The notes beneath the pieces were generated by a model. It made no database searches, was not told where the DNA came from, and saw only the letters and a program-made list of their open reading frames with translations. From the NCBI GenBank assembly GCA_002633005.1, contig NMRA01000047.1, forward strand, positions 893,326 to 957,325: DNA of 64,000 nucleotides, in the 5' to 3' direction. Positions 36,793 through 50,567 of this stretch are shown piece by piece (the first letter of the stretch is position 1; every line of letters begins with the position of its first letter). The DNA comes from Phoronis australis. Its lineage: Eukaryota > Animalia > Phoronida. The position numbers and the translations under genes were made by a program.

Positions 36793-37724
36793 NNNNNNNN
36801 NNNNNNNNNNNNNNNNNNNNNNNNNNNNNNNNNNNNNNNNNNNNNNNNNNNNNNNNNNNNNNNNNNNNNNNNNNNNNNNNNNNNNNNNNNNNNNNNNNNN
36901 NNNNNNNNNNNNNNNNNNNNNNNNNNNNNNNNNNNNNNNNNNNNNNNNNNNNNNNNNNNNNNNNNNNNNNNNNNNNNNNNNNNNNNNNNNNNNNNNNNNN
37001 NNNNNNNNNNNNNNNNNNNNNNNNNNNNNNNNNNNNNNNNNNNNNNNNNNNNNNNNNNNNNNNNNNNNNNNNNNNNNNNNNNNNNNNNNNNNNNNNNNNN
37101 NNNNNNNNNNNNNNNNNNNNNNNNNNNNNNNNNNNNNNNNNNNNNNNNNNNNNNNNNNNNNNNNNNNNNNNNNNNNNNNNNNNNNNNNNNNNNNNNNNNN
37201 NNNNNNNNNNNNNNNNNNNNNNNNNNNNNNNNNNNNNNNNNNNNNNNNNNNNNNNNNNNNNNNNNNNNNNNNNNNNNNNNNNNNNNNNNNNNNNNNNNNN
37301 NNNNNNNNNNNNNNNNNNNNNNNNNNNNNNNNNNNNNNNNNNNNNNNNNNNNNNNNNNNNNNNNNNNNNNNNNNNNNNNNNNNNNNNNNNNNNNNNNNNN
37401 NNNNNNNNNNNNNNNNNNNNNNNNNNNNNNNNNNNNNNNNNNNNNNNNNNNNNNNNNNNNNNNNNNNNNNNNNNNNNNNNNNNNNNNNNNNNNNNNNNNN
37501 NNNNNNNNNNNNNNNNNNNNNNNNNNNNNNNNNNNNNNNNNNNNNNNNNNNNNNNNNNNNNNNNNNNNNNNNNNNNNNNNNNNNNNNNNNNNNNNNNNNN
37601 NNNNNNNNNNNNNNNNNNNNNNNNNNNNNNNNNNNNNNNNNNNNNNNNNNNNNNNNNNNNNNNNNNNNNNNNNNNNNNNNNNNNNNNNNNNNNNNNNNNN
37701 NNNNNNNNNNNNNNNNNNNNNNNN
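36793..37724. other. Assembly gap (932 N)
   Basis: Run of N. Confidence 1.
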
Positions 37725-37996
37725 CCGTCTCGGAGTCCCGGCGTCGTTGCACTCATTGTGATCATCGATCTTTTTCTAAAAGTCGGGGAATCGCGCGTTT
37801 CCGTAGCACTAGGCGCTAAATCTTTATTCTTTAAAAGTCGGGGATGGGCGCTTAACCGAGAGGTGGGCGCTTAACTGGAAATCTTAAAAAATCGCAGGGG
37901 GCTCTTAACCGAGCAGTGGGCGGTTAAATAGAAAATCCACTTAAAGTCGGGGATGGGCGGTTAACTGAGCATGGGCGTTAACCCGAACGATTACGG
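37725..37996. mobile_element. Right end of a Tc1/mariner-like element (rest in gap)
   Basis: Repeated GGGCG(C/G)TTAAC subterminal motifs end in ATTACGG|TA. Degenerate relatives at ~13325-13845, ~49760-50180 and ~56500-56655. Confidence 0.7.
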
Positions 37997-40929
37997 TAAT
38001 ACCCAACAACCTTGGCAAATCAGGGCTCACTTCGTTTGAAAAAAGGTCTAATTAATTGATGATTCACAGAAAATACTCAATGTCTTTTTAATGGGCACTC
38101 AGTTGACACTCAAGGATATATGCTCAGAATAAATGGATTGTTTTCATTGAAATCATAAAAGTCCTGATGATGACGGTTCAAGCAAGAGTGGATGGTCAAG
38201 AAAGTAATAACTTCTTACAGAGTTTAGGAGTTCAGTGGATATTAAGCACAGTATCTGACAGTTTCTGAGACATGATGTTCTGCGGTGAGCCAAATTAGGA
38301 ATTTTTCTTGGGTCCTGTTAAAACTTAAACAATGCAGACACAGACTAAGTGTTGCACGGTCACAGCAACCAAACCAAAGTTTTAAAAATGTAGATACAAT
38401 AAAACTTGCATAAATCATATTTTTGCTTCGCAAAATTCCACAGTGGTTCATTCTAATCCGTACATTGAGCAATTTAGTCAGATTTTGCCTTGCTTGAAAA
38501 AATCTTATAATTCAATTGAATCTGACTTATACAAGGTTTGAATTAGCTGTAGATGTTTTTGTACTTGAAATATAAACCTTTTGTAAAGTTTCAAAAAGGC
38601 ACCTTTTCAGAGGGCAACAGGACTCGAAGAGTCATCCCTATGAGCAGCATATCCCGCATACCTCCCTTAGGAGAGTACACCCCCTCCACCGTAGAATAAA
38701 ACTTAGACTTGTAAAGCCTGAAATACACCAGCCAGCCAGCGCAAATCGCGTCTTTTCAAGGAGCACTCAGTCAGGCCAAGTGCACACCTGCCCCAAGCCA
38801 ATGAGCTGGAACAGTGATTATCATCCTACCAGACACTTTGAGGAAAGCAAGGCATACTACTCTGAAGGATGGAACATGAGCCCGGTAACATTCCATGCAT
38901 GTGTCTCTACAGCAGGGATTCTATGAAATGTGATTCTAGAAAAATAGAGGAGAGGACCGAAAACACCCAAGTTGAACAGTCTCGCTTACATGCTCACATC
39001 AACACTTTATCATATTCCAACCATTGATTAGTACCTATTACGAACTTTAGGCACACGTGAATATTTTTTTCCCATCCATAGTGCATTTTCAAGGGGTCAA
39101 GTTGTTTTTTATGCAATGAATAACAACATTTTTCTTATGAAAGAGTAGGAATCCCAAGTTTTGAAAATAAGCATTGCCATGAGAACTATTTGAACCCAAT
39201 GCAAAGTGGACAAGACAGAAAAATTCTGACCGACAGACACCAAGAAAAACTGTCATAAAGCTTTTGCATTTTATACAGTTTTTATTGCCTTACAGTATTT
39301 TTTACATCCATGGACGTAGGCAATATCCAGTTAATATAAGAGAATACAGGCACTTTACCCTTACATAAAAATGCTACTTAATCATAGATGCAACATTAGG
39401 TAAATTTTCTACACCTTTTCGCTAAAAATAATGGACAAATATTCTTTTTAATTTTCAAAGCCTAATTACTTTGCTGCCAACAACAGAAACTTTAAATGTT
39501 GTTCTATCACTTCTGTACAATTCAAACAACCCTAATAGTAGACTAAATTTTTTAATGACGAAACAAAATTTCATTTTTCCGCCGAATTTTGTGCCGAATA
39601 GGTGAAGAGTGACCATAGCTGCCATAGTTTGCACTTAAAAACAATTTTTCCATTTTCCAGGAGCTTCCCCCAACATGATTTTCATCTTTTACCACCCGTT
39701 TCCCCATGAAAAGCAAGCAAATAGTAATTTTTGCTATTCACAGCTGCCGAACAAAACAATGAAATAAATTGTGATATGGATTGCAAAATGAGAATTTCTA
39801 CTCATCAAGCGAAACCCTCCATTTCATTTTTCTTAAATTTTAAATCCACTCCAAAACTGTTTTTGTCCTTTGGCGGGACAACTTATGAAATTACTTTGTA
39901 CCTTTTATAGGTTATTTAGGACCTTGTGGACAAGTGCCTATATTAAGCCAAATAGCTACAAAGCTAAAAAGTTTATTTCTTTAAAAGAACAGATTTTATA
40001 AAAGTAGAAAGCCTGCAGAATTTCATTTTTTGCTGTATACCAATCTGCCATTAATTTGGACACACAACAAAGCAAAAAGTTACATCGAAAGCAAAACTGG
40101 TATCAATAACACGACCAAATTTCTTTTGATATAAATATTCAAGATGAAAATTTCATCTAACCTCAAAATAGCTGTTATAGTTTTCTAAATAATCAGTTCG
40201 TTTTCATTTTTATCCAGCCTTTGATTTTTTTTCACAAAACCATAAATGTTCTATTTTTAATACCCCCTCAAATAAAAGTGGAATAGTTTAAAAACAGCGA
40301 TTTGGAGATCGATGCATAGAACACTGTAAACGAACCGAAATGAAACGAACACAGCTGCAAATATTCCAGGTAGGAAATGCATGTTTTACACATACGTTGA
40401 ACTGATTCGAAACAGCCGTTTCGCAGTAGAAATCGAATAAACTGCAGGCGAGGATATCGTCAGCTATGAGCCGGCTAATCTTTTACACCATAAAATAAAA
40501 GTTCTACTTCCTGAACCAAGTGGCGCTGATGGAGCCCAGGCGGATGAATGGCACAGATTTTCCATGCTTTTGGTTTTGATGACCATCAGTTGAACACCTT
40601 GAAGTATTGCTGTCAACTAAGTGTTTAGATTATGTAGAATCTTACCCACAAGATGGTGTACTTGGCCAATTATCTGTAAAACTGTAGATTCTAACTAACT
40701 AGAAACCCCGTAGAAATGGATTCTTGACTATGCTAATTTGCCAATCTGAATTTGATGGCTCAAGTACACATTGCCTGTGCCTAAGGAAATAGAATCCTAT
40801 CACAGTAAGGAATACTATGAAACTGACGTATTGAGAGTAAAGCACTTAACTTGATTATCAAATCAGGGCGAATAGTAGTCAAAAGCAACCATTTTGGAGG
40901 TGGATAAATCAATCTTCAAACACGCAAAC

Positions 40930-41150
40930 ATGCTATTTTAAACTTTTGCTCCTTGGTTTTACAATTACACTCTTAGGATATAGGCCTAGAGTATACATGT
41001 CAAGTTTCACTCTGGTGCTATTTTAAACTTTTGCCCCATGGCTTAACACAAGTCTTTAAGATATAGGTTCAGAGGATATGTCAGGTTTCCCTCTAATGTT
41101 TTTAAATTTTTGCTTCTACGCTTAACACAAATCTTACAGATATAGGCCCA
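40930..41150. repeat. Degenerate ~80-bp tandem repeat x3
   Basis: TTTTAAACTTTTGC..GCTTAACACAA..GATATAGG..ATGTCAAGTTTC unit, resembling Helentron-type core repeats. Confidence 0.7.
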
Positions 41151-44100
41151 CCTTGACATAACTTAAGGTACATGTGTAGCTAATTTTACCAAGTTTTGTT
41201 GTTTGATTACAGTTGTACTCTACAAACTACACGTGCACAAACACAACACATTTTTTCTTAAAATTCCTCTGTTAGGACATTGAGGCCTCGGAATACTAAA
41301 AATACTTTGACTGTACATAACGGGAATTATTAATGCGGAGAAAATGCTAGGTCGATTGAAACAAAAGTCGTGTAGAAAGTCAAAAAGTTTCATATAGACA
41401 GCATTCACTCCGACAATATACGGGAGAAATGAAATTAATTGGACATCAAAGAAAATGTGTAAACATCTGTTCAAGTAATCAATGAAGCAAAGATAAGCAC
41501 AACACCTCCTCCTAGCACACCTCCGTCAAACACGGTTGCGCCCACATTAGGCAATGCATCACCTGTAGACGCTGAAAGCAGACAAGCGATGATGGAAGCG
41601 TTCAACCGATTTACATTCTGATTGACAAAATAAAGCAAACTAAACGAGATGTATGAAAACAGTTACCAGTGAATAGAGTGAATGTTACAAACAGCCAACA
41701 CTGCAATTATCTACATTTCAATTTTTTGCCTTAAGTATGCCAATTATGGGTCACCTGACCAAAAAAGTTGTGACCTTGGCCTTATGAAAACGTGGCTGTG
41801 ATTTTTAACACGCGGCCAACTAAATTGCACTGAAGATTGAATTTTACTTAATGGCAAAACTAAACGATCAAAGAACATCAAAAAGGACACAGTTTATTGA
41901 CAGGTCTGTCTGAACTTGTTGAACTCTCTGATTGTCAGTATATTTTCACTCAAAAGTTATCCCAGCTTTCAGCGATAACTATCAGTTGGTAAGTTATCCA
42001 TAGGGCAATATTGGTTGACCAACTAGACTCGTGTGGAAATTGAAATCCACTGCAGAGCAATGAAGTTAAACAAACTGATATGGAGTTAAGTTTGTGTAGG
42101 ATTTTATCAATGTGTCTTTGTGTCCTTAATCAAATATTTACAAAACTATATAGATTTTAATTGTTAAAATTATATATTTTCTGAAACTAGAAAACGTGAA
42201 GGAAACTAGGAACCAGAAACCGTGAAGACCTTGTCGATTGATTAAGTCACATGACCATGTATTTTAGTAAAATTGAGCAAAAAAGGTACATTGATAGCAA
42301 AACAATGGTATCATTGTGATGAACCAATCTCCTTTGACATAAATGTTCAAGATGAAATCTCAAAAATGCTGTTACAGTTTTGCACATTAAAATCATAAGT
42401 CATCCAAAAGTGGAACATTTAAAAACAATTCCAAACAAGATTTCGGTGTCTAAAGCATAGCATCTGAAAGTTGGATAAGAATCCAAACAGCCACCCATCA
42501 GATATTATATTCCAAAATTGGTCAAATTTGCATTTTTTCTAAGATCCTAAATAATTAAGAATACCAAATTGTTTAAAAGAACGGAATTTCGAGTTTTCCG
42601 TTCCTTTCTGAAGGGGACCGTTAGACATACAAAATGAAAAAGAATGCCGAAACATCTGGTAGAATCTAAAACAAAAGTGGCTCAATACGTCCTATTTTAA
42701 AGGCGCAGTTACTGTCTAGCCATCACCTGCTTTTGACTAACCTTCCACTTTCTTTCCACAAGTTTTAAACATAAACTTTGATCATTCTGAACCTAATGAA
42801 GAACAAAATGTAGTCATGTAAGTAGAGCCCATATCAGTGCAGCAGCGTAGGAGAACCCTTCTTAAGTCATTAGCAGGGTTTTAAATAAATACTGAAGGTG
42901 TCACTCAAAAAGACGTGTAACAGACAAGTGATTAAGAGAAGGAACTGACAAAATATGTCTCCACAAAATATGAACCTAATTTGACTCCTGATAATTCTGT
43001 TTTGTCTCCACAAAAAAACTAGATAAAGAAACAATTCTAGTGTGCTTCTAGCCTGGTTTGTAGGCCTAACATGTACTTGTCATCAAACATTTGGTAAAGA
43101 CTAAATTCCTTGCACCAAGGTAATTAGTTTCTGAAAATTTTGGCACATATTTTTGGGTATAATAAGTGAAAAATTGCCGCAGTGTACAGAGTACAGTTTT
43201 TCTTGTATAAACATTGTTCTCAAATGTGACTTATAAATCCATAAATAGGCAGGCCTTCGTCTAGAGGGGGTCCAGGACATCCCAATTGACACCCTAACTC
43301 AACTAGGGTGCACTGTTCAGCATTTTGATGCCCAAGTAGAGAAAACACGTAAGCAAAAGAGTCTCTTTTCACTTGCTTGTACCAGCTCTGGGAACTCATT
43401 GGCCGCTCAAGGATAAAAATGTTGATTTAGAAATGTTGTAAGATATCAAAAACTTAATTGTGGAGCCATGTCACCATAGTAACATACAACATTATAACAG
43501 CTATTTGACTTGAGGTCATGAAAAAGTAATCACACGTCATTGGTCAAGGACACCCTGAGAAATTGGGAAACCCATTTTGGATACCCGCTTTGAAATTCTC
43601 AATGAACTCCTGCGCGTGGGTAACAACTGCACTTCGCTAGTGTTTAGCGTTCAGCTAGCCATGTTGAATTCTTAAACGCAGCATTTTGGGGTTTAAAAAC
43701 ACTGCCAGGCTTATTTGAGCTTCAATTATTGCCAAATGAGCCTGAAATTCAAGTCAAAGCCAATCTCAATATGCAACATTTTAAAATTTTGAGTTAATCA
43801 ACCTCACTAAACTTTGAAGCATTGAGTCGCTGATGGTTTTGATGTTCTTCTTGATAATGGAAATATAGTCTTAAAAGAATAAGAAATATTACGAGACCGA
43901 TTTTTCCTGTTTTGGAAGCTAAACACAGAGCAAATGCAGTTTCAATTGTCTTATATAGTGACTCCTAATTAAACAATACTTTTTTCACAGACAATATTTC
44001 CGAGCCAGAGATTGAGAAGCAACTAATTTCACTTAATCTCATCCTACATGCAAATACTGCAACAAAAAACTGGCAGAATACACAACAGTTATACGGCAAC

Positions 44101-45949
44101 TATTTTCATCCATACATCTGGAGCATCTCTATGTCACTACTACTGTCATCCATAAGTCTGAAAAGTCTGGGCTTTCCAACAGGAAATCAAAGTCATTCCT
44201 GGACACTTCAGTTAAAAGCATTATGTATTTCCACTTGGCCCAATTTCTAATTCTGGTTTGAAAGATGGCAGAGTTGGTAGGGACAAAATGCGGTTTCTTT
44301 CACTCAAAAGACATTTTGAGACATCAGACATTTTCATGTGAATCGTTCAAGTATCCTACCACATAAACAGAGGCAATTTGACTACATGACGGACCTAATG
44401 AATTTACATCTCACTGCTCTAAACCTACAGGAGCACAGAAACACTACCAACTACTCTACCGACATCCAGCAACAGGGCGTATTCCATTATGTCGTAGTTA
44501 TATCTAAAGACGGCCATTACCCTGTTACCAAGAACACGTCCGTAATCCAACCAGTGCGCACATACCCAATAGCTATAATCAGGGATAGCTTGGTTGATAA
44601 CCAGGTAACAACTAGCAGGAGCCCAATTTTAATTAAAAAGACCACAGTAATCCTACTTATACTGCTACTGTCTGAACGACATTTAAACACAGAACATTCT
44701 TCGTTCAATCAAACGAAAAGATATATAACTGCAAAACTGGCACTGGCTATTTTAGTTTCTCCTCATTTTTTCATAAGTGAACGGTACCTCCTAAATGTAA
44801 TGTTTTACTGTTTTTAAGTTCTGTATCGAAGCGTACCATCAGATGCTTTGAAAAATTGCAGACATTCGCAACAATATTGGATGCTTTTGAAAAATGGTAT
44901 TATTTTTGTCCGAAATTGGAGATGTTCTGTAATTCATCTTTCTCATCCAGTGGGACTGAGTGTGAGAGTAAAAAATTATTTATTTTTTGAAACTATTAAT
45001 TTCTAATAGCACGCAATAGTACTTGGGGATTCTCATGAAAAAAATGAAAAAATGCTAGCTGACATCACCAGTGTAGCAGTTAAACCCAGCTCAAAATTAT
45101 GCTTAAATCAAAGCAAAATTTCAAAATTTATTTATGCAAGAGAAATTTAGTCCAAACTGATATTTTTTTGGCAATAAATGCTTTTACAACAGCTCCAACC
45201 ACACCAAAACAATTTTGACAATGATGTATTTAATCTCTTTTCAATCACCACAAAAATACAAAAAATAGCAATTTCAAAGGCTAGCTATACTACTAAAAAC
45301 AAATGCAAGTTTTTGTTCTCTTAAAGCTGCGCAGTGCCAACAACACAAATGGACAAGTCAAGTTTTTCTTAATGTCTTATTTCGGTTAAGAAATTTGATC
45401 GATAACAAATCGTTTGCCCGCCATGCTAAATTTACGACTGTTAAATACCACGAAGTTGTCATATTTAAATAATTAGCCTGGTAGTTGTAGGCTTCTCACA
45501 GTCAGAAAACGTTTTGATTAATAATAGTTAAGTATGCTATGGGTGCATGTACACATATGTGTATATATCTATTTCATAGTTATATATATTTATATCTGTA
45601 TCTACATCCATTTGCGTCATGTGGAGTAAATGTACCATAATAACATTAATTTTCTTTCTGTGATACGTAAACCTTTGATGTGTGTGTGGGTGTGCGCACA
45701 TGTGTGTGTGCGTGCGTGATTTTGTCCCATTATCCTAGCCACTTCTCTGCCTGCGTTTACTGTCCTCGATTTGAAAGCAAGTACATGCATTATTTAAAGA
45801 CACATTATTGAGGAGAAAAATTATTTTCTGAGATGAGCCTCAACCTCAATACAAACCTGTAACCTGTGCGGTCGCAAGCTGACTGTCTGCAGGAGCAGGT
45901 AAATCCCACTTGATAAATGGCTGGGTATTTCAAGCACACTTAACTGATA

Positions 45950-46060
45950 AAAGTCTGACAGCAGTGAGAATTGGTGATTTCTAATAGAATCACAAAAAAA
46001 TCAATGGATTTTTTTGTTTTATAGTTCTGGTCAAAGCTAATAACTTCAAGAAGTCTGGGC
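45950..46060 (+). repeat. Dispersed repeat shared with ~1090-1200
   Basis: AATCACAAAA..TGTTTTATAG(C/T)TCTGGTCAAAGCTAAT..AAGTCT occurs at both loci. Confidence 0.7.
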
Positions 46061-48350
46061 ATTTTTCAGCTGTAAAGCGGATAATGTCCATTTTGATACC
46101 ATGTGTCAGATGAAATAAACATTTTTAAGAAGTTAGAATCAACCCTGGATTAGTGCCAGAGGAAAATCAGCCGCTACTCTGGAGACCAACAAATGGATGG
46201 ATGGTTGGACAACATACAGACTGCAAGACATATTCTACAAGAAAACTTTTTCCTGACGAGAATCGAGTCACCCAGTATTAGCAATATTGAGAAAAACTAA
46301 GGCATAAGATATTAAAATGTTTCTACTAATGAGCCAGATCCTACACAGATTAATTTGCAGAGCTATAAACATTAGGACCTTATTCTTATTAACTCTATCA
46401 GCTTACAAAAACAAGGTTCCCTGTCTGGTAAAATGACCCGCTTGTCATTAGCAGAATGACATTGCTGCATCTTGCCTTACAGGTTCAGTGACTTTCAAAA
46501 ATGGAAACAAGATAATATTAGAGACTCCATTCAAAAAAGTTTGCAATTTTCAAAAGACATCGCTGTGTACGCACTACATTCCCAAACACTGGGGTCAATT
46601 TCAGTTTCTTGGAATTCGAAAATCTTTACACTGGCGCAAGGAAAGAATTTAATCTGGTGATACTTTTATCCATTGAAGATACAGGATAACCAAGAAATCA
46701 AACTTGTGGTTTTTATCTTTTTTAGTTTTGTTTCACACAAGTTGTGAAAACTGCAAACTCACAATAAAAATATATAATTATATAATTGCAGGCAGTCTGG
46801 TACACGTTGTTATAGACGTGCGCAGGCCACAAAGGTGAGCCCATTGCACTGTTCACCTGGAACCAGTTTTGTGCTTTATTAATATATGGATAAAACCAAT
46901 ATGAGGAGCTAGAGATCTGACTCAAGGGTTTGGCAGTGTGCCCCAGAGGGAAATATTCATAAAATCAATACGTGCTTTCTTTTGCATAATTGTAACAAAT
47001 GACATAAAAACCTAGCTTCAAGTGAATATTGAATATCACCTTGAGGAAAAAAGATTTGCATAAAACATGTTTCACACGCTTGACAGGCCATGTTGGTACT
47101 GATTCCAACCTAGGAACAAAATCAAGTCATCTCCGTATGCGATTCGAAACATAAATCATTATTTAAAAATAAAACTTCAATTTCAACGGAACTGGCATAA
47201 CCAAGAAAAAGACATATACCCAGAATGAAATCTTTTAAAGAATTCTATTATTTAAAAAAAAACATCAACAAACTGCTCACTGACCGTAGGTGTTAAAACG
47301 GATACGTAATTTTTTCATAGAGCATTATTTTACGCTATGCCTAGAAAGTTCATGCCCTGCTTTTAGAATGCCACTTATATTTCAACAATCTGATGTATGG
47401 GCAGGTGGACAACAACTTTACACCAACACTCGGCTACATTCCTCCATTGACAGGCAGACCCAATGTAATCCCTTATGGTTCAACCAATTACCACCAATTC
47501 CCTGATTAGAAGACTTAAATAATGATTTCATTTTAATTGAATTCATCCAGTTCTCCTGCTGGGGTCAGATCAAAGTATGCCCTCGGGCTATTTGTCTAAC
47601 CACCATGCATGACTGACCCCTAGTGGTTGGCTAATATAGAAGCTTCTAAATCGGACAAGATCCCAACAACAGGGTTACCTTAAGTGTTGGCAGAAGAGCA
47701 TTAACACAAACCCTCAGGCTTTTTGCCAGGGTATTTTCATGGGGAAACTCTGACGTAACAAAAATATATTGCAGTCTCATCCGTCAGGGGTGTCGACAGC
47801 TGAGGGTCAACTGACAGAAGAAGCTGTAAGACTCTAATAAGAGCAAATGACCACTTGTAAATTAAATCCAACATTTCAAAGCCGTGGGATTGTGATTGTG
47901 ACCCCGGAGTGTTCTTTAGGGTGTTGCGGTAATTTCAGCGCAAATCTGGCCATTCTTGAATATGGCCAGAAATAAAAGTTGACAGAAGAAAAATGCCAAT
48001 GAGACTTTATGAAATTTACCAGGTGGCGCTAGTCTACCAATGATTCTTCCATATAAATGCATGCAATCATGTATAATCACAGGCTACCTCTAGAAACAGC
48101 TCTAACGGAGGTGAACCACTTCCTGTTCTTCCTATAATTATGTAATGAAAACAAATTTTCACTAGCACGACCAAGCAAATATGGGACCAATTCCATCTTG
48201 AAACAACATTCCTTACGACCCCTATAAGTGACTATTGCCCCCATTTTATTACAAAATTATGTTAGTTTCACAAGTACGCAAACACATGCACATACACACA
48301 TATAGGCGTATGCACAGATACCCATTGTTTACACACATTTAAAGGACACC

Positions 48351-48673
48351 GCCTTATCCCATATCCGGCCTTATCCCATATCCGGCCTTATCCCATATCC
48401 GGCCTTATCCCATATCCGGCCTTATCCCATATCCGGCCTTATCCCATATCCGGCCTTATCCCATATCCGGCCTTATCCCATATCCGGCCTTATCCCATAT
48501 CCGGCCTTATCCCATATCCGGCCTTATCCCATATCCGGCCTTATCCCATATCCGGCCTTATCCCATATCCGGCCTTATCCCATATCCGGCCTTATCCCAT
48601 ATCCGGCCTTATCCCATATCCGGCCTTATCCCATATCCGGCCTTATCCCATATCCGGCCTTATCCCATATCCG
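48351..48673. repeat. Perfect 17-bp minisatellite x19
   Basis: GCCTTATCCCATATCCG; 323 bp = 19 x 17, no variant units seen. Confidence 0.97.
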
Positions 48674-50462
48674 TCTAAGAACATCAGCAGCTCATTGGCA
48701 TTCCAAAATACAGCATGATGGTGAAGTCTCAAATTTGAACAAAAGTAACTGCCAAATTGTCATTTCTCCATTTTCAAAAATGCTCAATGTGAAATGTAAA
48801 AAAGCGTAGTCAATTTCATTGAAATTTTATGTACAATAAAATTTGACTGCTCTGCCATATTGTATTCTAAATTTAAGAGAAATCATAATCTGTAACAAAT
48901 CACTATTAAGACTGCTTTAAAGTCCAGGAGACATAATTTCTACTAATTAGTGTTACAGCCTGATATGACAATGACCAAGAGGCAAAATATTGTATGAAAT
49001 AAGTTTCTTGTTTTGTTGAATTCATTTGTCGTCTGTCACTATCCCCTCTCAGAGGTAAGAAAAGAACACGTCAAGTAAAATCGGCATAATGCCAGATTGC
49101 TCACTCAGTACAAAAAGCAAGAGACATCTATTGGCAGGAACAGAAAACGCACAGCAATCAGGCAATACCAGTTAACTTTAAACTGTCACGAAAGTCATCA
49201 ACACTCAGAACAAGCAGCCAGAACTTTCATAATTTGCACAACACATTTCATAATTAGCACAACACGTTTCATAATTACCATTCCGTGGCCAACACACAAG
49301 CTCACCTGAAAAGAAAAACAAATGTAAATACACGTGTCATAAACATGTCGCATTACAGCTCACAGTGCAAGAAACAAATCTTGAGTTTCTCTTGACAGTT
49401 TCTTAAATAAACCCATTCTTGGGAAAATATAAAATTATTTTCTTACAGGCTAGACACTGCCAGTTTCATAAAAATATTTAAGCATAAATGTAAGACTCTA
49501 AATAATTGTTAGCGAAGAGATGCCCAAATAACCTACGTAAGTATCAAAAGTCACAAAGTTGTCACAAATATGTCAACATAGATTTTAATACAATGTAGTT
49601 GCATTTGTATGTATACCATTTAGCATACCCAAAGTAGGTTTTTAAGATGGTAAGCACAGTCAGACCCAATATTTAAGTTATCGCAGCGGTCAAAACTAAG
49701 CGATGTCAAATTGGACTCAACATTTCTTTGTCATGATAATACTGGGATTTCACATAACCTCATGGGTGTGTATTCCGAAAAGAAAAATTTTCAGGCATTT
49801 TAGTAACACCAAATAAACACCCGGGCGATAATTCGGAAAAGGGGGCGTGTAAACAGAAAGTCGTAGTTTTGGCGACGAAAATGCCAACATGGACTGAACA
49901 CACATAGGTCTGGTTTCCAGACTATGAAATTTTTAACTTAAAACTGAGTTTTTAAATTTTACGTTCTAAAATACATAGTTCTCCAGCAGTTTGATCATTT
50001 TTATAAATAATAAATGCTACACAAAGCTGTATTTGTGGCTAAAGTTGACACTGATAAGGGTTTTCATAGGAAATTTTCCAAATGAACATCCCAATATCTG
50101 GACACTTAACACCAGAAGTTTTAACACCCGATATATAATATGCCCATGGGTGTTTATCAGCATGGGCTTATTTACAGAAAATCCTAGATCAGTTTCAACA
50201 TTCAGGTGGAATGAGACAAGACCTGAGACTGGATTGGTGTGGACAGAATTTGGAGGGCTCCTGTCACAGTAACAAAAATGTCGAGACTGGTTTTTAAGGT
50301 TTAATAAACCTGGGCACGTGGTCTAAGCTTTGATTTTGAAATCAAACTCGAAATTATTCTTGGCATATTCAATTCAATTCTCAACTTTTCTGTGAATTCA
50401 AAATGAGATTCTATGATTCTGCGATGGAATGCAATATGCGTGAATGACTGAATAATTTCTGT

Positions 50463-50567
50463 TTGCACTTGATGACCCCGGCATTAAAACATAAGTTTGT
50501 GTCTGAACTCGAAATCTCAAGTTCTTAATCAAGTTTGTAGCTCGAATCTTCGGGTCATCAAGTGCAA
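50463..50567. repeat. Short fold-back element (16-bp perfect inverted repeat)
   Basis: TTGCACTTGATGACCC (50463-50478) and GGGTCATCAAGTGCAA (50552-50567). Confidence 0.8.

Noticed and set aside
36569-37874. 327-398 aa ORFs on both strands
   Set aside because: Almost entirely X from the assembly gap.
48351-48673. 17-bp array as an interstitial telomere
   Set aside because: The unit does not match TTAGGG, TTAGG or TTAGGC animal telomere repeats.
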